64,000 nucleotides of DNA, taken from contig OZ024742.1 in the NCBI GenBank assembly GCA_964016885.1, forward strand, positions 204,662,001 through 204,726,000, read 5' to 3'. The DNA is from Eledone cirrhosa. Its lineage: Eukaryota. Below, in pieces: positions 53,714-64,000 of the stretch. The number at the start of each line of letters is the position of its first letter. Position 1 is the first letter of the stretch. Made by a program: the position numbers and the translations under genes. The notes under the pieces were generated by a model, which saw only the letters and a list, made by a program, of their open reading frames with translations, ran no database searches and was not told where the DNA came from.

Positions 53714-53943
53714 CACCATTTAACGTCCAGTTTTACATACACACCTACATACATACATATGTATGTATATACATACACACACTATAGAACTGACAGTATC
53801 CTATGACATTTCACATCACCTATTCCTAACCACTTAACCATTTTTGGGAAGATCCTGACAGAATATTTCCTTCATCTGGAAAGGTTGCCTGGAGTCAGGT
53901 TTAAAATGACGTCCACAAGCACTACATTTTCCTTTTGTTTATA

Positions 53944-53995
<52 letters not shown>

Positions 53996-54035
53996 GATAT
54001 TAAATAAATGGAAACTATATTTATAAAACCATATT

Positions 54036-54101
54036 TATTTCATTATATATATTTCAGGGATATCATATTAACAATATGTTATGCCTTCCTCAGACAAAAT
54101 A
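54036..54101 (-). ncRNA. Type I hammerhead motif in left arm
   Basis: Mirror of 57442-57507. Confidence 0.62.
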
Positions 54102-57100
54102 CAATATAGACAGTTTTATAGATAAATAGATTTGACATACCGTTCAACATCGACTTGTATTTGAGAAAGTTGATTTGGCAGTGAAAAATTGTAAACAGAA
54201 AGAAAGAAAGAGAGAAAGAAGGAAGGAAAGAAAGAAAATGAAGAAAAAGAAGAAAAAGAAGAAATGCATGTAACAAAATAGAGAGATGGAAAGATAGATA
54301 AAGAGAAGAACTTCATGTAAAGAAACAGAGAGAGATATATATAGAGAGAGAGGAAACAGATAGAGATAGATATATATAGAGAAAAGTAGGTAGTTGGAAC
54401 GTATCAATGATACATTTATTTATTTATTTATTTATTTAGCTCTAGTATTAATGTAAGGGAGATATATGTGGTTAGGGAAGAAACCAGCCGTTATATATAG
54501 AGAAAAATGAAAAGTAACCAGACATAGGCGAGGCATAATTTAAAAACCCTATGTTTTAATGTAGAAGTATTAGTACGTATAAAAACCAGGCGCTATAATG
54601 TAAATATCAGTATTCCTGAATGAGACACGTATCCATTATGTGTGAAAAGTAATGATCTTATGTTTAGTTTTAAAAATTCATATGTTTATATGATAACTAC
54701 AAACATCGATGTGAATTTACGTGATCAATTCTGCAAATCTCTATTTCACACGGAGAACATTCTCATTGTGCTATAAAAATTTAAGTATACATATATGTGT
54801 ATATATATACACATATATATAGAGTCTATATTAATTTTAACAATACTATTCTTGTCTTTACTCTACATGATTATCTATCAAGCAGAAATAGAGAACAGAT
54901 TTCAATATATTAATTAAAAAAAATATCAGAAACAAAAACAAAAAATAATAATGATAATAATAATAATAAATAATAATAAAATAGAAAACTAAAAACTAAA
55001 AAATATTACAAAAAAATATTACAAAAAAATATTACATATTAAAAATAAAAATATTAGAAAATATTACAATAATAAAAATAAACCACAAAGATCAACCCTT
55101 CAAAATTAATTGACAATATATTGCCAAGTTCATTATAAGCATCAGAGTCGAAAACAGATAAAGCTAAAAATTATTTATCAAATCGCGTCTAGCAAAAATC
55201 ATTTCAAAAAGTTTAGGATGCCCATTTGGTCTACATGTGTTCTTATATTTAATATAGAAGTTTATCTAGTGTAACGTTTATTCGAAATATTTGGAGCATC
55301 AACTTTTAGGGTAGTTTAATTTTTCATGAAGAATGTTTAAATAAAAATAAAAAGAAAAAGAAGAATAAAAAGTAGAAATCGAAAGATTTATCGGCTAGTT
55401 TCCCAAATAATTATAAAACAAACTAAATATACTACATTTTAAATTTAAATTTATATTTAAAAGTTGAGTTTAATCTATGTTTGCAGCAACTGAATAAATT
55501 TGTCCGTAGATTAAGGGAATTTTTAGATTTTAGTATAAAGAATATCTCCTCTGCGCAGAGGTCACATGTCTCATAGGATGAATTAAAAGGAATCCCTCTT
55601 GAGACTATATTCCAAGCCGTCGAATATCTAACGTTATCTAGCTTAAGTTGCCAGAGTACGCCTGATAGTGCTGTTGAAGATTTTTTGCTTGGATCTGTGA
55701 AAGAATTCTTGTGGTTATTATAGCGAAGTTTAAATTCCTTCGATGTGGAACCGACGTAGTTAAAAGAATTAGAGTCAGTTTTAACATTACAATTGTATAT
55801 TATATTTTTAACTAAGCAGTTGTTATTTAACGGACATTTAGATCTATCTCTACAGTTACATTTGTTAACTTGCATATTATTTACTAGGTTTTAAGTTCCT
55901 ATTATTTATTCTATTAATATTTTGTGCTAAATTTTTGGTGGATGAGTAGGTTAATTTTATAGTATGTCTATTGAAAATTGAGTGATACCTATGTGTTCTA
56001 GGGAAGCGATTATCAAGAGCTTTAAAAAATAGTTTAGCGATGTGGGTTTTAATGTTTAGTGAGAAAGGGGGGGCAAACCAAATTATGTTCCTAGTTCTAT
56101 TTCTTTTTTGGCTTTTGGAATTATTGTAATGCTTTCTATTATATTTGTTAAGGTTGTTGCCGTAATTAAAATAGTTGTTATTTTGTTTAGTTTGTCTATC
56201 ATTATCTATGTACATAATCTTATCACTATATCCTGCTCTAGCTAACGCTTCATTGTAGTACTGGGCTTTTTCGTCGAATAAACTTCTATATTAAATATAA
56301 GAACACATGTAGACCAAATGGGCATCCTAAACTTTTTGAAATGATTTTTGCTAGACGCGATTTGATAAATAATTTTTAGCTTTATCTGTTTTCGACTCTG
56401 ATGCTTATAATGAACTTGGCAATATATTGTCAATTAATTTTGAAGGGTTGATCTTTGTGGTTTATTTTTATTATTGTAATATTTTCTAATATTTTTATTT
56501 TTAATATGTAATATTTTTTTGTAATATTTTTTGTAATATTTTTTATTTTTTAGGTTTCTATTTTATTATTATTTATTATTATTATTATCATTATTATTTT
56601 TTGTTTTTGTTTCTGATATTTTTTTTTTATTAATATATTGAAATCTGTTCTTTATTTCTGCTTGATAGATAATCATGTAGAGTAAAGACAAGAATAGTAT
56701 TGTTAAAATTAATATAGACTCTATATATATGTGTATATATATACACATATATGTATACTTAAATTTTTATAGCACAATGAGAATGTTCTCCGTGTGAAAT
56801 AGAGATTTGCAGAATTGATCACGTAAATTCACATCGATGTTTGTAGTTATCATATAAACATATGAATTTTTAAAACTAAACATAAGATCATTACTTTTCA
56901 CACATTATGGATACGTGTCTCATTCAGGAATACTGATATTTACATTATAGCGCCTGGTTTTTATACGTACTAATACTTCTACATTAAAACATAGGGTTTT
57001 TAAATTATGCCTCGCCTATGTCTGGTTACTTTTCATTTTTCTCTCTATATAACGGCTGGTTTCTTCCCTAACCACATATATCTCCCTTACATTAATACTA

Positions 57101-57441
57101 GAGCTAAATAAATAAATAAATAAATAAATGTATCATTGATACGTTCCAACTACCTACTTTTCTCTATATATATCTATCTCTATCTGTTTCCTCTCTCTAT
57201 ATATATATCTCTCTCTGTTTCTTTACATGAAGTTCTTCTCTTTATCTATCTTTCCATCTCTCTATTTTGTTACATGCATTTCTTCTTTTTCTTCTTTTTC
57301 TTCATTTTCTTTCTTTCCTTCCTTCTTTCTCTCTTTCTTTCTTTCTGTTTACAATTTTTCACTGCCAAATCAACTTTCTCAAATACAAGTCGATGTTGAA
57401 CGGTATGTCAAATCTATTTATCTATAAAACTGTCTATATTG

Positions 57442-57507
57442 TATTTTGTCTGAGGAAGGCATAAAATATTGTTAATATGATATCCCTGAAATATATATAA
57501 TGAAATA
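57442..57507 (+). ncRNA. Type I hammerhead motif in right arm
   Basis: TATTTTGT-CTGAGGA-AGGCATA..TATGATATCCCT-GAAA-TATA-TA-TAATGAAATA. Stem I is imperfect. Confidence 0.62.
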
Positions 57508-57846
57508 AATATGGTTTTATAAATATAGTTTCCATTTATTTAATATCATAAATATACTCCAAATACTTGTTGAGTGCTTTTATATCAGTTATAAATATTT
57601 ACTAGTTGTAACCCAACAATTTAAATATAACTTTCCATATATATATATATATATATTTCGCCGTATTTTTTACTAAAGAAATTATTTAGCCTGATAGTGG
57701 GGTACATGTACGTCAATACTCAACTTTTTCCATTTCTCCGATGGTTCCCCACTATCAGGGTAAATAATTTCTTTAGTAAAAAATACGGCGATAGCTTACA
57801 TTTCTAATAATTTCAAACCCACTCGCTGTTTCGAAAATATTCTTAT

Positions 57847-57899
<53 letters not shown>

Positions 57900-57903
<4 letters not shown>

Positions 57904-60900
57904 CGAAACATAAGTCAATTGCATGAACTCATAATCCTTTATTTACTGCTATATATATTTCGATGATAGCCATTGAATGGCTATGACCTCATCAGGCAGT
58001 TAGTCAGTTCTTAGATATGCCAGCTCTGTGTTTATGGTGTTGATGGTATCAGAGCCTTGGGACATATGAGCTTGTTAGGAATAATTTAATGTTGTCAGCA
58101 GGAATAATCTTAATTCTCATTGGTCAGTTTGTAGATGCTAGTAGGGTTGGTATTTGACCTCAAAGAGGCAGATGGTGTTGTAAAGTTCAAACCGTCAGGC
58201 AAGATGACAATAGTTCCATATGACTGATTTTCACAAAAAGCATTCCTGGTCAGATATATATTCAATTGAGGTTTATAGTATGAAATTCGATACTACAGGT
58301 CATTCTTAAATTGAGGAATTTATATGGGGTGGTACTACTGAAAATTATGGTTAGAGTAGAATACTAGAAAATTTACATATAAAAAGACTTATGTTAGTTG
58401 ACTTGCACATACACTCACACCCACCCCCACAGACACACGCACACATCCACACATACAAATTGAGGAATTTATGTGGGGTGGTAATACTGAAAATTATGGT
58501 TAGAGTCAAATACTTAGAAAGTTTAGAAATTTTAGAAATAAAAAGACTTATGTTGGTTGACTTGTACATACACTCACACCTACCCCCTCAGACACAAACA
58601 CAAATCCATACAGGTGTGTATATATATATATGTACGCACAAGTGCATGTATATATACAACAGAGGCCCCCAAATCCAAGTATAAGGCAGACATAAAACTA
58701 GGTGGGTGTTATTTTTAAAGAAGAGTAAAGTGGGTGTTTGGAAAAGTTATTGTTTAGACTAGACAAAAGTAGAGTGTGATATATATCTTCACAGCAATAG
58801 CTTGGCGGCTTTGGAGCTTATGCGAATCCCTTAGTACAGACATATATACCCACCCACACTTTTATACCTCTAGATGGGCGTGTATGTCTATATACACATG
58901 TGCACTCATACAAGAGAGCATATACAAATATACTCTTAAGCATACACTCGAACATTTTTCAAATGCAACCTGGGGTATTAGTATTTCGTTGCGTTCACAT
59001 GAGTGTTACATTCACGTAATCCTAGTATACACACACAATGCATGGTTGCGTATAGGATAATTGTTCTTCCTGTGTGGGCCACTCCCGGGGGGGGGGGTCC
59101 TCGGGTTCAATAAACGTGGTTTTGTTGACTCCTAACCAGTAGAGGATCCGGTGGATAATCCACCGTAGGGACTACAAACTATGGGTGGTTGTTGTTGTCC
59201 ATTGGTCATTGGTACGGGGTGTAGGGGACCTACAGGGGGGGGGGGGCGTTGTGGGAGGCCATAACAGGGGTTTATCCATATAGCTTGAGGAAAGTTCCCG
59301 TCCTTAGGTGTCTGCAGGCGCCGAATAAGTTTAATAGCTTGGTTCCGCCATGAAGTATCTCGAGTGTCTCACTAAGACATAGGTTGCAAATACCTGACCC
59401 GCCTCTGTCTGGGGGAACCTTTCTAACTACGGACCAGACCAGAGAGTGCGGGGGTCTTTTCAAGTTTGAGCTTCCAGATCAATTCAGAAAAGGTCGTACA
59501 TTTCCTCTTTTTTATTCTGTTAAAGGAATGGCGATAGTTATACCACCTACCTTTGAAGCTCGTCGCTGTGGATCCTATGTAGTGGTGCTCTGAGTTAGGG
59601 GTTGTGACCTTGCACCTGTAGACTACGTTTTTCGTCATGCATTCATTACTAAGGGGGCATAGTGATGGGTCTCTGCAATTGCATGACTTCTTAAGCCCCA
59701 GCACATGTACCGCATGGTTACCATCACTCGGGGTTGGCTGGGTAGCCGCCGCAATCAGCACAGGGTCGTTGGGTTCCAGTGTGCTAGTTGGGCCTGTCCG
59801 GGGTCTGGTGCGTCCCGCGTGCTGGTTCCGTTGGGTGGCTCTGGGGTTTACGGTCGTATTAGAGTCAGTGAGCCTATTCCTATTTATGCCGGCTATCTGC
59901 TGGGCTACAGAGCGTGTGGTTGAGTAGGAAAGTTTCACCGTGTGCCTGTTGAATATTTGATGGTACTTGTGGGCCCTAGGGAAAGATTTATCCAGTACTC
60001 TAAAGAATGTTCTAGCCAGGCTGGTACGCAGACCCACCGAGTACGGGGGGTTATATCATGTGACCTTCCTGGTTCTATTCTCGCGGGGTTGTTGGGTGTC
60101 CGCCGTGGTCCATCGCGGGGTTGTGCACAGCTCAGGTCTAGCTCGGTTGGTGTCACTCAGGTGTGCGGAGCGGTCACTATCATGAGGGTTATATGGGCCC
60201 ACCGTGGGGCTATAAACCTGCGCGGTGCGGCTTCCCTGCTCAATTAGGGTTTGGCGGGTGGTGAGGCCAGTGCAGGGGTACCTATGCTCCGCACCGCAGT
60301 AGTCTTCAGCGTTGTAGGTATTAGACCGGTGGGGTATGCGGGACCTTCTACCGAGGGTGGTGACGGATAGGGGTCTGGGAGTGTTACTACTGGTCACCGA
60401 GGTATTAGGTGGGCGACTCATGCCCCTGAAGGTATTGGCCCGGGGTACCCTTGGGTCATCTCGATCATGTCCCTTAGGATTATAGCTGATCCTATGGCTG
60501 TGGGACGCCTTAGCTAGCGCTGAGTTATAGTTATTACTATTGAAGATCTCTTTATTGGCAGACAAGTTAGAAATCCTGTCAGAGACACTCTTAACTACGG
60601 CCTTAACTATAGATCTAGCGTTGATATACACCAGCTTCTCATTGGGTTTATGATATGAGTGGTGTAACTTGGTGTTGAGGTTGAGAGTGGTGTCCAGGAA
60701 ATTCACTACTTTTCTATTGGGTTCCATCTCTACTTTAAGTCCTACCTTGCTAAAGAAGTGTCTAATTCTCCTCTTGATATTTTCGACCATTATGGTGCTG
60801 TTGTCCACGACGGTGAAGAGTGCATCGTCTCGGTACAGCCCACCACCAAGGTTGGGTATTTCGCTCCTGATCTCGTAGAGTATGTATATCCCAACCAAGT

Positions 60901-62028
60901 CCGTTAGCTGTGCGGAGTCACTGGAGCCCATTGTAATGTCAAAATTATTTGGCCAGTCACTCCGGGTCCATATGTCCCCACCGAATCGGATCAGGGTCTT
61001 TTTGGCGGCGTGTATGATTCGGACCTCGTCGCGCGTTAGGTCTGTCCTATTCATCGCGAATATGAGTGCCTTGTTCAGGACTATGGACGAGATAGAGGAG
61101 TAGTAATTGTTGATGTCTAGTTGTATGAAGCTAGTCCTATGTTTGTCAGGTAAAAATGTAAACCAGTCCAGCACCTGGCTGGTGCAGAACCAGAGTTGTA
61201 ACCTTATTTTACTCTTAAGTATGGGCAGGATCCTATCTAAAATGCTTTTACTAATGACCCCCATGTCTGACCGGGAAGGGGCTATCAGTCTGACCGGCAG
61301 GTTAGACTCAAAGTTTGGTTTGTGGTCCTTAATGGTAATCCTCGGCTCCCTTGATTGGTATGGGGCCGTCCTATCATCTATGCCAAGACCAGATACGATC
61401 TCATAAGCCTTGATGTTGATATCCTCCAGGGCAGCCTCGGGCGTTTATTTTTTTGTAGCTTTTTCTCAATTCCCTGAGGATTAGCTCATGGTAAAGTTGA
61501 ACATCCATGCTGTAAAGGTTGTTGGATTTGTCGACATGGACGAGTATTCCTGTAGATTCCTTAAGCTCGGTAATTCCATTTTCCAGTCGTCTAAGGTACT
61601 CTCGACCCCGGTATGGTTGGTCGGAAAATTTGATGTTGCAAATGATGCCAATCATTTCGTTCTCGAACTCCTCCAATAGTCTGTTGTGGGGGGGGGGGGT
61701 CCTTCTTGATCTGAAGAGGCACTCCATGTTTTTTTTTGTTATTAGTATTGGGGTTTCCTCTATCAAAGTGGTAAGCCCTCCATCTCATCCTGCGTATTAG
61801 GGAGTCAGTACTCTTAGTGAGATTCCTGGTGTATTCTCGTTTACCCGGTAATGGGATGTCCTTCAGTGATGCCAGAGTGGTGACTTTATTCATATTGGCT
61901 GCGGTCCGCTACTGTATGAAGCGCTCAACAGAGTATGGAGCATGGGGTAAGCAAAAAAGTGTTGGTAAAATCCAGTACTTCAGTATGCGGATAGGGAGCA
62001 CTCAACGAAGATATAAGTTCCGGAGTTA
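57900..62028 (-). mobile_element. Near full-length Penelope-like element (YRDD-type RT plus C-terminal GIY-YIG), frameshifted, flanked by (TA)n
   Basis: IRRMRWRAY, VDKSNNLY, TIKDHKPNF, QLDINNYYSSI, FDITMGS, GGLYRDDAL, VNFLD, CNCRDPSLCPL, YIGSTATSFKGRW, CNLC. Confidence 0.92.
57944..58001 (-). ncRNA. Type I hammerhead at the PLE 3' end, intact
   Basis: ACTGC-CTGATGA-GGTCATAGCCA(TTCAA)TGGCTATCATC-GAAA-TATATA-TA-GCAGT, followed by AATAAA. Confidence 0.88.
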
Positions 62029-62114
62029 TATATATATATATATATATACACACACATAGATATATATATGTATATATATGTATGTATATATGTATGTTTA
62101 CATATATATATATA

Positions 62115-63421
62115 CAGGGTGCGGACGATATTTGTTCGCAAGATTACTGTCCAGGAAAAGGTAACACAGTAGTTTTATTTTTTAAGATATAGTTATCAAA
62201 CTTGGGTGAGTTTGTCTTCATCACTTGTTCTTTCGATCTCACTCGATAAACCCGCCATTGGCTTTGATGACGGCCTCAAGGCGGCCTCGGAACCGGCTAC
62301 AGGCCTTCGTCACTGTCCCCCGACTTAGGCCTCCTAAAGGTACTTGTGATCCTGGCCTTCATATCGTCTTTCGTATTGCAGCTAGATCTTTTGGTGACTC
62401 GTTCCACTGCGCCCCACACAAAGAAGTCGAGGGGGTTGCAGTCAGGCGAGCTGGGAGGCCAGATGTCAGGTGAAGTGTGGTCGACGAAGTTCTCTGACAG
62501 CCAGGCTTGAGTCTTTCGGCTGGTATGGCAGGGCGCTGAGTCTTGCTGCCACACGTACGGCCTACCTGCAGCTACCTGGTCGATCCAGGGCTTTACTACC
62601 TCGCTCGGAACTCGGATGTAGCCATCGGTGTTCAGCTTGAGGCCTTCAGGGAAGAAGTGAGGTGGCATGACGTCACCTTGACTGCTCACGACACTTAAGA
62701 CCAATGTTGTCGCTGGAAACTTTGTCTGCATGACTCTGGGCACGTCTTTGGATGAGACAGCGAGCCACTTGTTGTTCTGGGAGTTGATCTTTTGGTCTTG
62801 GCAGAAGTTTTTCTCGTCGGAGAAAAACCACAGCATGTCTGGGCTCCAGTGGGTGTTTCAACTTGTTGATCAGCTTCTTTGCGTGCTTCAGTCGCTTTTC
62901 TTGCATCGCCTTTGACAGAAATTGTCCTTTCCTCATCTTGTATGAAACGTAGCGAATGTCTTCATGTACCCCAGCCTAATGAGCTTTTCATCCACGCCTT
63001 TCTCCCTTGCAATGGCAAACATCGACTTGCTAGGTCATTATTGATGATATCCTAAACTTCAGCGACGAACTCGGGCGTTCTGAAGGCGTCAGATCGTCGA
63101 TCATGTGTTTTCCTCTCTGATGTTGCTTCGTAGTCGAATCCGGAATCTTCAAATTCCTTTCTGACCTTTTCCACCATTCTCCTGCTGACGCTGAGAAAGT
63201 CTGAAATTTCCTTATTTGTCCTCCCGGCGCGGATTCCAAGAAGAACTCCGTGCCTCTTCCACAAATTTGGAGGTTCAAAATTATTCATAATCAATTATTC
63301 TGAAAATAAATAATGGAAATATAGTCACTGTTTTTATGAAGACAAGAGTGACAACGGAAGTAAAAAAAATTTGCATAAAATTTGCAGTTGAAAATTGCGA
63401 ACAAATATCGTCCACACCCTG
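62115..63421 (-). mobile_element. Complete Tc1/mariner element, DD37D (maT) family, frameshifted transposase
   Basis: 27-bp TIRs CAGGGTGYGGACGATATTTGTTCGCAA with TA flanks. FSDEK, then WQQD-37 aa-D (PPSSPDCNPLD). Confidence 0.93.
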
Positions 63422-63427
63422 TATATA

Positions 63428-63537
63428 TAACGACGGAAGAGTGGTAAGGAACAAGGTGGACCATAGCGCACCGGATTTAGTCCAGAAATTAGACGTCCAA
63501 ATGGCTTGAGCTCTGCCATCGGGGTCTTGAACATTTT

Positions 63538-63586
<49 letters not shown>

Positions 63587-63689
63587 CGAAGGAAATGTGG
63601 TAAGGAACCAGGTGGACCATAACGCACCCTTTTAGTCCAGAATTAGCCGTCGAAACGGCTTGTGCTCAGCCGTCGGGGTCCTACTCGTT

Positions 63690-63691
<2 letters not shown>
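63428..63691 (+). repeat. Two diverged ~110-bp units separated by (TA)n
   Basis: GTGGTAAGGAAC.AGGTGGACCATA.CGCACC and GCC.TCGGGGTC are shared by 63428-63540 and 63585-63691. Confidence 0.75.
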
Positions 63692-63784
<93 letters not shown>

Positions 63785-64000
63785 TTATTTGGGTTTGTTG
63801 GTTTTCCACTGGATATAACTGGTCATTCTGTGTGGTCGCCACGATGTAATGTTATGAAAAGCACTCAACGTAATGCAACCACCCGTCTTCATTTGTGTAG
63901 TTGGTGGTGCGAGTACGGAGTTAATTATTACAAAATACCGGGAGGCATGTTCTTGTGTAAATCCTTGAAAGGTTTATTTTACTATGATCAGGCTGGTCAG

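Larger units (their letters stand above)
53996..57547 (-). mobile_element. PLE 3' fragment (GIY-YIG) with 1.27-kb inverted pseudo-LTRs
   Basis: Arms 53996-55265 and 56278-57547. The spacer encodes IIWFAPPFS..IFNRHTIKLTYS and CNCRDRSKCPL..YVGST..FKLRYNNH..CDLC. Confidence 0.9.

Overview
Eukaryotic, very AT-rich, repeat-saturated DNA with no recognisable host gene. The Nin-domain and CORE-type tRNA-derived SINEs and the mass of (TA)n/(CATA)n microsatellite suggest a mollusc, probably a cephalopod (inference only). Contents: the 3' half of a Helitron; many Penelope-like element (PLE) copies and fragments from at least three lineages; three RTE-clade LINE families; two Tx1/L1-clade fragments; an R4/Dong-like 3' end; a Chapaev3-type transposase; a complete DD37D (maT) Tc1/mariner element; MITEs; SINEs; and satellites. 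Most long ORFs rich in Y/I/H/T/V are microsatellite translations. The main signal not explained by the ORF track is a dense set of type I hammerhead ribozyme (HHR) motifs, found by eye: about 12 with intact or compensated cores plus several degenerate ones. Some sit at PLE 3' ends. Others lie in short non-coding tandem units (316 nt and 242 nt, plus a looser ~450 nt case) accompanied by an inverted copy, so ribozymes occur on both strands, as in retrozymes. The 316-nt unit has a U3-A8 variant core (TTGATAA). A ~600-bp non-autonomous element built from the 5' UTR and 3' end of an RTE occurs next to a related RTE. Coordinates were read by eye and may be off by a few bases. No alignments, folding or database searches were run.
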